64,000 bases of DNA from an uncultured Dehalococcoidaceae bacterium (GTDB lineage Bacteria > Chloroflexota > Dehalococcoidia > Dehalococcoidales > RBG-16-60-22), in the NCBI GenBank assembly GCA_964595455.1, contig CAZQQL010000002.1, forward strand, positions 725-64,724, read 5' to 3'. The translations under genes and the position numbers were made by a program. Shown here one piece after another: positions 9,155 to 18,090 of the stretch (the stretch's first letter is position 1; each line of letters opens with the position of its first letter). The notes beneath the pieces were generated by a model. The model did not search any database. It had not been told where the DNA came from and worked only from the letters and a program-made list of their open reading frames with translations.

Positions 9155-10237
9155 ATGACTTCCAGTAAAAGCCAGCGCAGGCTCAAGGTCGTCGAAGTGA
9201 GCGGCGGCAGCTACGAGATGGGATACCAGTACGGTAAAGCCTGCCCGGAAATTGCGACCATGCTCGACATTATCCGCGAGGTCTTCGGCGGCGCGGAAAG
9301 GGTACGGAGACTTGCCGGGCAGTATATCCCGCTCTACCTCCCTTCCGCGCAGGCTTACGCCCCGGAGATAATCGAGGAAATGAGAGGCATGGCGGACGGG
9401 GCGGGAGTCGCCTTTGAAGACATCTTCTTTCTTAACATAACGTACGAGATCGCTGTTCCCACCGTCATGGGCTGCACCTCGTTCGCCGTCACGGAAGGAG
9501 CAACAGAAAATGGGGAGACCTTTGCCGGACAGAACTTCGACTACCTCGCGCTGTGGGAAGACTTCATGGTGCTGCTCAAAATGAAGCCGGTCCAGGGTCC
9601 GGCGATCATGGCGGTCGCGCCGGTCGGCTGCCTGGGACTCATCGGACTGAATTCCGCCGGGATCTCCCTGAATCTCAACCTGCTCAGGAACAAGGCGTCG
9701 TTGTCACCGGACGGCGGCGTTCCCACCCATATCATCCTGCGGAAGGCATTGTCCTGCGATACCATCAGCCGGGCCATCGGCTTGATAGTCTCGGCCGGCA
9801 GGAAGTCCGCCAAGAACTACCTCCTGGCCAGCGGGCAGGGGGACATCATCGATGTGGAGACGACCTCGGATGACGTCGATATCCAGTACCCCGAAGACGG
9901 TATCCTGACCCACGCTAACCACTTTAAGGCGGAACGCTTCCGCCCCGACGACCTGGCCCCCCTGTACTGGCCGGATTCCTTCCTCCGCAGCCAGCGGCTG
10001 TTCCAGTTGCTCAGGAGCCGTCACGGCAGCCTGTCCGTGGACGTCATCAAGCAGTTGCTGGCAGACCACAACAACCACCCGAACTCCGTCTGCCGCCATC
10101 CGGACCCGGACAACCCGCTGCCCATGGCAAGGGGTATGAAGACGTTGGTCAGCATCATCAGTTGCCCCGGCAAACAGAAAGCCTGGATCGCTCTCGGCAG
10201 TCCGTGCGAGAACGACTACCTGGAGTACTCCCTCTAA
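9155..10237 (+). CDS. peptidase C45 / acyl-CoA:6-aminopenicillanic-acid acyltransferase-like Ntn hydrolase
   Basis: Candidate nucleophile context VMGCTSFAV, with length and overall pattern like the C45 family. Start moved to the ATG at 9155, which follows GGGGAGG by 7 nt. Confidence 0.55.
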   Translation: MTSSKSQRRLKVVEVSGGSYEMGYQYGKACPEIATMLDIIREVFGGAERVRRLAGQYIPLYLPSAQAYAPEIIEEMRGMADGAGVAFEDIFFLNITYEIAVPTVMGCTSFAVTEGATENGETFAGQNFDYLALWEDFMVLLKMKPVQGPAIMAVAPVGCLGLIGLNSAGISLNLNLLRNKASLSPDGGVPTHIILRKALSCDTISRAIGLIVSAGRKSAKNYLLASGQGDIIDVETTSDDVDIQYPEDGILTHANHFKAERFRPDDLAPLYWPDSFLRSQRLFQLLRSRHGSLSVDVIKQLLADHNNHPNSVCRHPDPDNPLPMARGMKTLVSIISCPGKQKAWIALGSPCENDYLEYSL

Positions 10238-10268
10238 CAGCGGGTTGGAACGGGTAGTGGTAGTCCGC

Positions 10269-11189
10269 TCACCCTGAGCTTGTCGAAGGGCGAGCCGGTG
10301 GTTCGCCCGGCTCGATTCCTGACAGCCGCTCGATGACCTTCACCAGCGCCTGCGTGCCGCTCCTGCCCTCGCCGGCGGCCTGCAGCGAACGCAGTAACTG
10401 GTGGACAAGGCTCGTGCCCGGCAGGGCCGCTTTAGCTGATTCCGCCGCTTCCATGACCAGCCGCAGGTCCTTCTGCATCAGGTCCACCATGAATCCGGGC
10501 CTGAAGTCGCGTGTCACCATGCGCGGTCCCAGGTTGGCAAGCTGCCAGGAACCCGCCGCCCCTGCCTTGACCGCATCGATGGCCGTCGCCACGTCGACGC
10601 CTTGCTTCTGCGCGAACACGAGCGCCTCGGCGACCGCATTGAGCGTGCCCGCCACGAGTATCTGGTTGACTAGCTTGACCGTCTGCCCGGCGCCGTTCGG
10701 ACCGGCGTGCACGATGTTCTTGCCCATCGCCTCGAGGACGGGCAGGCAGCGTTTAAATGTTTCTACTTCTCCTCCGGCCATAATTGAAAGCGTGCCGTTG
10801 ATGGCGCCCTGTTCGCCTCCGCTGACCGGGGCGTCGAGCATCATGAATCCCCGTTCCCTCAGCCGTTCCGCGATGTCCCTGGTGACCTGAGGGGAAATGG
10901 TGCTCATGTCGATGATCACGGTACCGGCCTGCATGTGCTCGATGAGTGCATTGTCCCCTAGTATAAGCCCCCGTACGTCCGGGGTATCCGTGACCATGGT
11001 GATGATGACGGAGGCTGCCTCCGCCAGTTCCTGCAGCGTTGCGGCCTGCCGCGCCCCTTCCCGCACCATCTGCTCGGCCCGGGCCGGCGTACGGTTGTAG
11101 ACCGTGACGCTAAAGCCGGCTTTCAGCAGGTTCCGGGCCATCGGCATCCCCATGATGCCCAGCCCGATGAATCCGATACGTTCCTTCAT
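10269..11189 (-). CDS. NAD(P)-dependent 3-hydroxyisobutyrate / tartronate-semialdehyde reductase family dehydrogenase
   Basis: IGFIGLGIMGMPMARNLLKAGFSVTVYNRT Rossmann motif and a HIBADH-like remainder (DAPVSGG, GAGQTVKLVNQ). Confidence 0.85.
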   Translation of the reverse strand: MKERIGFIGLGIMGMPMARNLLKAGFSVTVYNRTPARAEQMVREGARQAATLQELAEAASVIITMVTDTPDVRGLILGDNALIEHMQAGTVIIDMSTISPQVTRDIAERLRERGFMMLDAPVSGGEQGAINGTLSIMAGGEVETFKRCLPVLEAMGKNIVHAGPNGAGQTVKLVNQILVAGTLNAVAEALVFAQKQGVDVATAIDAVKAGAAGSWQLANLGPRMVTRDFRPGFMVDLMQKDLRLVMEAAESAKAALPGTSLVHQLLRSLQAAGEGRSGTQALVKVIERLSGIEPGEPPARPSTSSG

Positions 11190-11366
11190 AGCGGCGAGTC
11201 TTCCTTTCCCGGCGATGCTCCGTACCTCGTTTATTCATTGTAACCCGTATTCCCGCCGCATATCCACGGAAAAATAAAGTGTCGAAAAAAAGTGACAAAA
11301 CGCCCTTGCTTTTTCGGTACCAGGTGGAGTAATATAGTACACATGTTCTATAAGGTTTAGCTTAAA

Positions 11367-12938
11367 GTGATAAGAACTAATCTCAGTCGACAAAGAGTAT
11401 ATAATCGAGGATTGCTCCTCCTGGCCTTCGAAAATGACTTATTACTTACGTCTATCGATGTATTGGATAAAGAGCACTTTGATCTCCGAACTCAGACATG
11501 GGACGAATACTGGAATTCGATTGCTAAACTGAATAATACAGTATTGAATGATATCTTACGTTTATTGTATTGCGCTTGGAAAGAGTATATTGCATCAAAG
11601 TTCGAGATATCAAAGGCAAATGAGTATTGTTTCTATTATTTTCTACTTCTCGAATCGCTGACTCAGAAGAAATCACAGTTCCCCTTTCAACTGTGGAGAC
11701 TCGCCCTCAGAAAAGTGTTGAGTTTTGAATGTTTTTCAGTTTCGGATTTCTCAACTGATGCGTGTGCCGCCGGTACATGCACATTGCGGAATCCATGTTA
11801 TTTGTTATCGAAACTCAAAATGCCGTCTAGTATGGATGATCCACAATACTTGCCGGTCATAACAACCTCTGCTTCTGTTAAACAGGATCTCTTTTATCAT
11901 TATAGGCAATATCCATTGTCAAATGACTCTTCATACTCCTTGTTGTTGTACCCTTCGGTTTCATTGGAATGTCGCTCCGAGAGTTTTCGCATTATCAACA
12001 CGTTCGTCAGAAGCTTGAGCGAGAAAAACGACCCTAGATCTACAGAAAGGGCTAAACGACTAGACCGAGGCATAGTCCGCAAAATACTAGACGAAAAAAT
12101 CACAAATTCTGAGCGAGTCGAAGTAGAAATCATCGATATTGGTGCAGGTAGTGGAAGCCTGAGTGCGGCAGTATGTGGAGAAATCCATAAGCATCATCCA
12201 AATTGCGTCTTTAAACTAAGGTCTGTAGATTTGGAATTGGCGAATACACATAGACTCCTCCAAAAGAACTTGATCGAATCCATGTCTGTAATCGAGTATT
12301 GTGCAGAAGATTATCGTCGCTGGTGTGGTTGTACACAGGTCATTTCAGGATCTTGCACTATTCGAATAACTATCGTTTCTAAATTATTCAACAATCTGAG
12401 CAATTTTTCTATTCAAGCAATTTCGAGGGAAGCATTGAGGGCAAGTCTCGGTAAATTGGATACTAGCAATACTTTAAGAAATTGTTTGCCTACTTCCTGT
12501 CTGGTTCCTGACAGGCCGCAATACGATCAACTATCGATAAATAATAGAAAAGTGATTCTTCCCGCTGGTAGGGTAATGCCTCAATACTCGCTCTTGCCAT
12601 TCTACGAAGGTATATATTCATGTTTTAAAGCCCAAGAAGAGCCTTCGACTAATAGTGCCGATTGCGTTTTTCTCCCTGTTAGAACGTTTAGTCGGGATTG
12701 TCTTCTTACTTATGATAAGACAAGTATTATTTCTATTTTAATTGAAATGTCCGATTTTGTTATTATTGAAGATGCGGATTTGACACCACAATCCCTTATC
12801 GAGCATGCCAATTCTGTATTGAAGGATTGTTCTGTATTCGATATGACAAAGGTACTTAGGCTAAAAAGAGATTACGTTTACGTCATATGCAGTAACAGAA
12901 CCATCATGCCTTTTATAGGGGGAGAGAGGATATGGTAA
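11367..12938 (+). CDS. large protein with central class-I SAM-methyltransferase-like fold (523 aa), otherwise unknown
   Basis: Motif I-like VEIIDIGAGSGSLSAAV (nt 12121-12160), acidic post-I strand KLRSVDLE, and later ITIVSKLFNNL and DFVIIEDADL. Large N-terminal region (about 250 aa) with no family recognised. GTG start as given by the track, so the start is uncertain. AT-rich. Stop overlaps the next start by 7 nt. Confidence 0.5.
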   Translation: MIRTNLSRQRVYNRGLLLLAFENDLLLTSIDVLDKEHFDLRTQTWDEYWNSIAKLNNTVLNDILRLLYCAWKEYIASKFEISKANEYCFYYFLLLESLTQKKSQFPFQLWRLALRKVLSFECFSVSDFSTDACAAGTCTLRNPCYLLSKLKMPSSMDDPQYLPVITTSASVKQDLFYHYRQYPLSNDSSYSLLLYPSVSLECRSESFRIINTFVRSLSEKNDPRSTERAKRLDRGIVRKILDEKITNSERVEVEIIDIGAGSGSLSAAVCGEIHKHHPNCVFKLRSVDLELANTHRLLQKNLIESMSVIEYCAEDYRRWCGCTQVISGSCTIRITIVSKLFNNLSNFSIQAISREALRASLGKLDTSNTLRNCLPTSCLVPDRPQYDQLSINNRKVILPAGRVMPQYSLLPFYEGIYSCFKAQEEPSTNSADCVFLPVRTFSRDCLLTYDKTSIISILIEMSDFVIIEDADLTPQSLIEHANSVLKDCSVFDMTKVLRLKRDYVYVICSNRTIMPFIGGERIW

Positions 12939-13873
12939 ATATTGGATGGACTGAGCGAAAGTCGCCGTTCTTGTCAGCATCAAGCTTAGCCTGCTTAGCG
13001 CACATCCCGGCCGTGAATATTACTTCTGGCTGCGCCCATGCATGTATTTATTGCTACGCGAAAAGCTACAGAAGTTTTCCTGGTGAAAATAAGGTCGTAA
13101 TTTATAAGGATATAGTTGACAAAATTGGTAGGGAGCTCTCAAGACGGAAGACGAAACCTCATGCGGTTTATTTCAGTCCTTCAAGCGATATGTTCCAACC
13201 CATTCCTGAGGTTCTTGATATTTCCCATGCGCTATTGAAATCGTTGTTTTATAAAGGTATCGGTGTTGCCTTGGTAACCAAAGGAGAAATTCCAGAACAA
13301 ACTCTGCATCTCCTTTTACAAAACGCAAATATGGTCAAGGCGCAAATAGGCCTTATTACTCATGACGAACAAACTAGACGTTTGTTCGAACCTTACGCGG
13401 CAAGTGTCGACACTCGTCTTCGCCAGATGACACTTATGTCCAATGGCGGCATTGACGTCAGAGCTAGAATAGTGCCGATTATACCTGGTATTACCGATAC
13501 TGTCAAAGACATTAATGCCCTTCTGCAATCCATTTCCACGACGGGAATTACCTGTATTTCGATTAGTGCTCTTTTCCTGAGACCGGCCATTCTGGCCTCG
13601 ATCAGGCATCATATTTCGGTTAGCCAACAACTGGGAAAAACGCTGGATCTCTATAGAGAGGCAAAAAGGATTTCAGTCCATGCGTCCAATTCCACAATCA
13701 TTCCTCTTCCACGAAATATTAGGGAAGGAATTTATCAACGCTTTAGAAGCATCGCAGAAGAATATGGGATGGAAACATCGATTTGTGGTTGTATGAACCC
13801 GGATATTGGAGGATTTTGCAGCATCGCCGGCAATTGGCCAGAAAGTGAGAAACAGCTAAATTGGAACATGTAG
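12932..13873 (+). CDS. radical SAM enzyme, SplB / COG1533 (DNA-repair-photolyase-like) type
   Basis: CxxxCxxC cluster motif in the context NITSGCAHACIYCYAKSY (nt 13031-13054). This resembles the GC.H.C.YCYA pattern of the spore-photoproduct-lyase-related group. 313 aa. Confidence 0.7.
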   Translation: MVNIGWTERKSPFLSASSLACLAHIPAVNITSGCAHACIYCYAKSYRSFPGENKVVIYKDIVDKIGRELSRRKTKPHAVYFSPSSDMFQPIPEVLDISHALLKSLFYKGIGVALVTKGEIPEQTLHLLLQNANMVKAQIGLITHDEQTRRLFEPYAASVDTRLRQMTLMSNGGIDVRARIVPIIPGITDTVKDINALLQSISTTGITCISISALFLRPAILASIRHHISVSQQLGKTLDLYREAKRISVHASNSTIIPLPRNIREGIYQRFRSIAEEYGMETSICGCMNPDIGGFCSIAGNWPESEKQLNWNM

Positions 13874-14526
13874 CCAAAACTATGACCGAAATGAATAAAA
13901 TTGCGCGTTTACCAATTGACCTCCTCGTTGCCCACCCGGAAAATAGTAACTTCATGAGAGCGGAGACCATCAGGAAATTACGGCTCCATATAGAGCAAAC
14001 TGGTAGGTATGAACCTTTGACGGTAAGAAAGCACCCTTGCGAAGTTGATAAGTTTCAAGTGATAAATGGGCATAACCGTTTACAGGTTCTTCGGTCTTTG
14101 AATAGACAGATGGTAGATTGTGTGATCTGGAATCTTGATGACCAGCAGGCAAGGTTATATTTAGCGACACTGAACCGACTATCTGGAAAGGAAATCCCTG
14201 AACGAAGGGCAGTCCTCATACAGAGATTGCTTCAATTGAACGACCAAGAAGAGTTGATCGGTTTGCTTCCTGAAAGCGAAAAGCAATTGGAGTATCTCCA
14301 ACGATTGTCAAATTTGGAAATGCCTGTATTGGTCGAGAAGGATCCTGTCGGACCATTGATCAATTCTCCAGTCATGCTTACTTTTTTTATGGAGAAAACA
14401 GAAGCTAAGGAATTGAACTTGGCGATTGATTTAGTTTTAGAGTGTGTTAACAAGAGCTTTTCACGCGGTACATCTCTCGCGCATATAGCTCATTTTTATC
14501 TCCACAATGAACGGAGATGCAAATAA
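13861..14526 (+). CDS. ParB/Srx N-terminal-domain protein (ParB-like nuclease/NTPase fold)
   Basis: IARLPIDLLVAHPENSNFM ... YEPLTVRK ... FQVINGHNRLQVL (nt about 14051-14092) matches the ParB N-terminal box with a GxxR-type motif. Start uncertain: TTG 13861, ATG 13882 or ATG 13891. Confidence 0.65.
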   Translation: MEHVAKTMTEMNKIARLPIDLLVAHPENSNFMRAETIRKLRLHIEQTGRYEPLTVRKHPCEVDKFQVINGHNRLQVLRSLNRQMVDCVIWNLDDQQARLYLATLNRLSGKEIPERRAVLIQRLLQLNDQEELIGLLPESEKQLEYLQRLSNLEMPVLVEKDPVGPLINSPVMLTFFMEKTEAKELNLAIDLVLECVNKSFSRGTSLAHIAHFYLHNERRCK

Positions 14527-14819
14527 TGATAGAAAAGATATATTCCGAAAAATTAGCTTCGAGTAAACTGAACGAGAAACCGGAAGGAGTACTCATTCTC
14601 GTTGAAAGTCCTGATCTGGCAAAGATAGTGATTGCCTGGACGAACCTGGATGTCACATGTTCTGACACTCTCACTGAATACAAAGGCCGGTCTGATGCTG
14701 AAGCCTGGGAATGGCTATGGGCTAACACCATCTATGATCTTGGTAAGGCTCAAGGAAAGCATCGGCATATCTATGCCCGCCCGTGCTCTGGAAAACAAGC
14801 TGAGAAAGCTGATCAATAA
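14526..14819 (+). CDS. small hypothetical protein, last gene(s) of the AT-rich cassette
   Basis: ATG 14526 overlaps the ParB-like stop as TAATG (an alternative ATG lies at 14517). The product is plausible up to ...WANTIYDLGKAQ. The tail GKHRHIYARPCSGKQAEKADQ looks out of frame. Confidence 0.35.
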   Translation: MIEKIYSEKLASSKLNEKPEGVLILVESPDLAKIVIAWTNLDVTCSDTLTEYKGRSDAEAWEWLWANTIYDLGKAQGKHRHIYARPCSGKQAEKADQ

Positions 14820-14925
14820 TCGAATCATTTACCCGGACGGCACCGTCAATTCCTTCGTTCAGAGGTATTTGAGAGAACAGGTGGTCAGGCTCTTCGATCC
14901 GAAGCTGAAGAAGGCCGCAAAATAA
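14734..14925 (+). CDS. small HTH-like ORF overlapping the previous ORF in the +1 frame
   Basis: MILVRLKESIGISMPARALENKLRKLINNRIIYPDGTVNSFVQRYLREQVVRLFDPKLKKAAK. The ..IGIS....LENKLRKL.. stretch is HTH-like. It may be a separate gene or the frameshifted C-terminus of 14526..14819. Confidence 0.3.
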   Translation: MILVRLKESIGISMPARALENKLRKLINNRIIYPDGTVNSFVQRYLREQVVRLFDPKLKKAAK

Positions 14926-14930
14926 TTCAA

Positions 14931-14954
14931 CAAAAAGGGCGGCCAAAGCCGCCC
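14931..14954 (-). terminator. rho-independent terminator (minus strand)
   Basis: GGGCGGC-CAAA-GCCGCCC. On the minus strand the hairpin is followed by TTTTTG. Lies downstream of the SnoaL-like gene. Confidence 0.55.
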
Positions 14955-14988
14955 CTGAAAGGAAAAACTAACCGAAAAAATATCGGAT

Positions 14989-15417
14989 TTAGTGCTTGGC
15001 GTAGGAAGCGTCAAGGTACCGGTGGTGAAAGATGCGGATCCGCTTGAATTTGCCCTTCTCATCAACATCGTACAACACGCATTGGTTCATCACGATGACG
15101 TCGCCCTTTTTGCCCAGGGAATGCACGCCCTCCGGCGCGTCCGCAAAAACGTGGAACTCCGTTACGAACTCCACGAAGAACTGGTTGCCCAGTTCCATGA
15201 AGGCGCCCAGGTTGAGCACTTCCCGCGTGGTGGAGGCGATGGCCTGGTAATTGGCGATGAACTCCTGCGGGCTGTGCAGCGTGTTCGCCGGCGATCCGGG
15301 ATGCCCGAAACTGTCCGGGTATTCCAGGGTAAAGTCCTCCCCGAAATAACTCGTGACCTTGTCCCAGCGGTGGTTGTTGAAGTGGTCCATGTATTCCAGG
15401 AATTCTTCTCGGGTCAT
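14989..15417 (-). CDS. SnoaL/NTF2-like fold protein (142 aa)
   Basis: Start set at MTREEFLEYMDHFNNHRWDKV, where the ATG is preceded by AGGAGG 6 nt upstream. The longer ORF to 15585 runs through the upstream terminator. Confidence 0.55.
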   Translation of the reverse strand: MTREEFLEYMDHFNNHRWDKVTSYFGEDFTLEYPDSFGHPGSPANTLHSPQEFIANYQAIASTTREVLNLGAFMELGNQFFVEFVTEFHVFADAPEGVHSLGKKGDVIVMNQCVLYDVDEKGKFKRIRIFHHRYLDASYAKH

Positions 15418-15444
15418 GTCTGGCCTCCTGTCATTATATGGATA

Positions 15445-15471
15445 CAAAAAGGGGGCGGCCGGAGCCGCCCC
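15445..15471 (-). terminator. rho-independent terminator (minus strand)
   Basis: GGGGCGGC-CGGA-GCCGCCCC. On the minus strand it is followed by TTTTT. Immediately downstream of the bicupin gene. Confidence 0.55.
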
Positions 15472-15478
15472 TTGGGCT

Positions 15479-16312
15479 CTACCATTCGCCCTTTTCAGAG
15501 CTGTAGTACATGCCGGATGGACTGGCCGTGAATGCCAGCGTCGGTTTGTCCACCTGGAGGAATTTCCAGGGGCAGTGCATGACATGGGCGGGAATGCACA
15601 CCATCGTGCTCTTGGACAGGTAGTAGGTTTCTTCGCCCATAGCGACGCTGAAAACGCCGCCGAGATCGTACGGGTGCTGCGGATCGCAGCCTGTCATGAC
15701 CATCAGTTCCGGCCATTCATGGTCGTGGATGCCCATCGGCGCCTGGCCGTAGCCCTCGTAGAACCAGACGAAGTCCACGTAGAAGGAGCCCTTGGCCATG
15801 TCGTCTTCCATGTGAAGCAGGCGGGCGCCTTTCAGCGTCATCTTGCCGTTGGTCGGCGCGGGAGGCGTGACGGCCTTCTCCTTGGTATGGTCGATGATGG
15901 TGTACCGCGGCAGGTTGGGATCGCGCTTGTCCTTGGGGTCCGGCAGCACGCCCATGCTCGTGTAGAATATTGGACGCTCCATGTGGTTGATCTGCACCGG
16001 TCCGAACGGTACCCCGGCGGGTACGAAGATGAGGCTGCTCTTGTTGATGACGTTCTTCTTGCCATCCACCCAGACGGTCATTTCACCCGCCAGGCTGAAC
16101 GGGTCTTCCGTGTTCGCCCCGACGAAGCCGATTACCTGGTTCTCCGGGCTGGTACGGGTCCCGTCCACTACCTGGTTGGCCTGGCTGCTCCAGAACCAGG
16201 TACAGTCTACGGACATGAAGTCCGAAAGCCGGTTCCGGTCTACTTTCATCACGTGGGTCGCTTCATAGCCGAGGTCGCTGATGAGGCGGTCCATATATTT
16301 CTTCTTTTCCAA
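15479..16312 (-). CDS. two-domain (bicupin) member of the cupin paralog family
   Basis: C-terminal domain: HDHEWPELMVMTG and CIPAHVMHCP ... VDKPTL. N-terminal domain: FVPAGVPFGP ... MERPIF, but without the HxH motif (degenerate). Confidence 0.6.
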   Translation of the reverse strand: MEKKKYMDRLISDLGYEATHVMKVDRNRLSDFMSVDCTWFWSSQANQVVDGTRTSPENQVIGFVGANTEDPFSLAGEMTVWVDGKKNVINKSSLIFVPAGVPFGPVQINHMERPIFYTSMGVLPDPKDKRDPNLPRYTIIDHTKEKAVTPPAPTNGKMTLKGARLLHMEDDMAKGSFYVDFVWFYEGYGQAPMGIHDHEWPELMVMTGCDPQHPYDLGGVFSVAMGEETYYLSKSTMVCIPAHVMHCPWKFLQVDKPTLAFTASPSGMYYSSEKGEW

Positions 16313-16357
16313 TCTGTCCCTCCTGACTCCGGTTTGTTGTTTGATGCTCGCTGGCGG

Positions 16358-16783
16358 CTACTCGTACCGGGGAGCGCGGCCTGAGGAGACCCAGAAGATG
16401 GGCCGCTTGACGTTCCGGACGATGATGGGACCGTGCTGCACGCCGGGAGGTATGTAGGCGGTGAAGCTCCGGTCGACGATGTTGACCTCGTTATCGATGA
16501 TGATCTCTATCTCTGCCCCGAGGTCCTGGATGTTGTCGTAATTGAAGCCGAAGAACCCCAGCATTTCCCCGAATTCGTGGGTGTGGGATTCGCAGAGCTT
16601 GATTTCCGTCTTCGAGCCCGGAGCTATCCACTTGGTATCGGCGTAGAATTGTGCGCCGGGGACGACCTCGTCATCCACCGTGATGACTGGTTTGACGATC
16701 TTCGGGTCCGTCTTGGTCCGGTAAGCGGGGTATTTCGGATTGGCCTTGGCTTTATCGACACCGTATACGGCGTTTTTTCCCAT
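16358..16783 (-). CDS. cupin-fold protein, paralog family
   Basis: HTHEFGEMLGFFG (HxHxxxE), YIPPGVQHGP (PxGxxH), VKRPIF. Confidence 0.6.
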   Translation of the reverse strand: MGKNAVYGVDKAKANPKYPAYRTKTDPKIVKPVITVDDEVVPGAQFYADTKWIAPGSKTEIKLCESHTHEFGEMLGFFGFNYDNIQDLGAEIEIIIDNEVNIVDRSFTAYIPPGVQHGPIIVRNVKRPIFWVSSGRAPRYE

Positions 16784-16827
16784 TATCTCATTACCTCTTT
16801 TTCTTTCTTCATCGGTGCGCTACCGGC

Positions 16828-17346
16828 CTAGACGTACTTGTCGCCGGAACCGAGGGTCATGTGGAACATCGGGGCGTCCATCCGCCGGAAGACCAGCGGG
16901 CAGTGCTCCATGTTCGCCGGGATATAGACCATGAAACTCTTCGTGAAGACGAATTTCTCATTCTCCAGCCAGAATTCGATTTCTCCGCCGAGGTCGGAGG
17001 GATCATCGACGTTGGTGCCGAAATAGCTGAAGATCTCGATGAACGGGTGCGCGTGAGGCGCGATGCCGGGAACCTTCCCGCTCTTGACCAGTTCCGGTGT
17101 AACGATCTCCGGAGCGGGCATCCGCTGCATCTGCATCTGGTCCTTCATCGTGGAAGGCCACTGCCACGTGTACTCACCATAGAAACCGCCGGGCAGGACC
17201 TCGTTGTCCATCCAGATAACGTGCTCCAGACCCAGCCGGTGGCCGTCCGCATACCCCTGCCGGATAAGCTGGGGGCCCTTGTAGCCGGGCATGACGACAT
17301 TGCGCTTTAACTCCGTCGTAATATACTTGCCGTACTTTGAAGTCAT
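16828..17346 (-). CDS. cupin-fold protein, paralog family
   Basis: N-terminal KYGKYITTELK (compare 7982 KYGKYIITELK), HAHPFIEIFSYFG, YIPANMEHCP, MDAPMF. Confidence 0.6.
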   Translation of the reverse strand: MTSKYGKYITTELKRNVVMPGYKGPQLIRQGYADGHRLGLEHVIWMDNEVLPGGFYGEYTWQWPSTMKDQMQMQRMPAPEIVTPELVKSGKVPGIAPHAHPFIEIFSYFGTNVDDPSDLGGEIEFWLENEKFVFTKSFMVYIPANMEHCPLVFRRMDAPMFHMTLGSGDKYV

Positions 17347-17485
17347 TCAGATTTCTCCTTTCCGTGTCCCGCACACCATATGACATGGTGCCGGTTTTCT
17401 TGCTTCTCAGGTTATGAAAATAGTTTATGCTGGTTGTGGTGCAGTGTCAAACATCGGTGGAGTTACCGGTTACTGACCGCAGTCT

Positions 17486-17941
17486 CTACCGCTTGCCGGG
17501 TTGTACCAGTTCCACGATCAGGTCCGCAGCGTTCAGGTCCAGGTAGGCCACGCCGCCCCCGCCGGGGAACTCGGACGTCAGCATCACCTCGGAGCCTTCC
17601 TCGGTCAGGTCCTTCACCGCGCCGCCGAGGTCGTCAACCATAAAACCGAGGTGCTGGATGCCCTCGCCCTTGACATCCAGGAATTCCCGGTGCGGCGACG
17701 GCCCCTCGAGCGGCTGTATCAACTCCAGTTCCATGTTCCCTATCCGGGTTATCTGGATTTTCACCCTCTCTGCGGGATTGAATGGCTTGCCCCGGTACGT
17801 CTCCCGGTTCTCGGCGGGAAGGATCCGGGGCTTGAAAGGGCCTATCCCCAGTGCTGCGAAACGCTCGATGGCTTTCTCCATGTCCCGGACCACCATCCCG
17901 ATGTGCGCCAGGTTATTGAACGCCGATGTCTTGCTGTCCAT
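17486..17941 (-). CDS. VOC/glyoxalase-family protein (methylmalonyl-CoA epimerase-like)
   Basis: LAHIGMVVRDMEKAIERFAALG and GEGIQHLGFMVDDLGGAVKDL. Paralog of 8548..9021. Confidence 0.7.
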   Translation of the reverse strand: MDSKTSAFNNLAHIGMVVRDMEKAIERFAALGIGPFKPRILPAENRETYRGKPFNPAERVKIQITRIGNMELELIQPLEGPSPHREFLDVKGEGIQHLGFMVDDLGGAVKDLTEEGSEVMLTSEFPGGGGVAYLDLNAADLIVELVQPGKR

Positions 17942-18031
17942 CAGCCTGCCTCCTGTTCACAATTAACTACATTTGATTATTCGCAAATCTGGTAATCATA
18001 CCATAACCGGCCAATCAAGCAAAGCCAGTTT

Positions 18032-18067
18032 CTTCTCCCCTCGCGGGAGAAGATTAAGATGAGGGGG
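18032..18067. repeat. REP-like palindromic element, copy 1
   Basis: CTTCTCCC-CTCGC-GGGAGAAG hairpin followed by ATTAAG-ATGAGGGGG. Same architecture as the elements at 60617 and 60847. Confidence 0.5.
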
Positions 18068-18090
18068 AAGCTTTCATTCAGACCGGACAG

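Noticed and set aside
12932-13873. Radical SAM gene as a prokaryotic viperin (pVip) or a RiPP maturase.
   Set aside because: The cluster motif context (GCAHACIYCYA, close to the N-terminus, about 310 aa, no SPASM Cys-rich C-terminus) looks like the SplB/COG1533 group. I saw no precursor-peptide-like small ORF or nucleotide-kinase partner.
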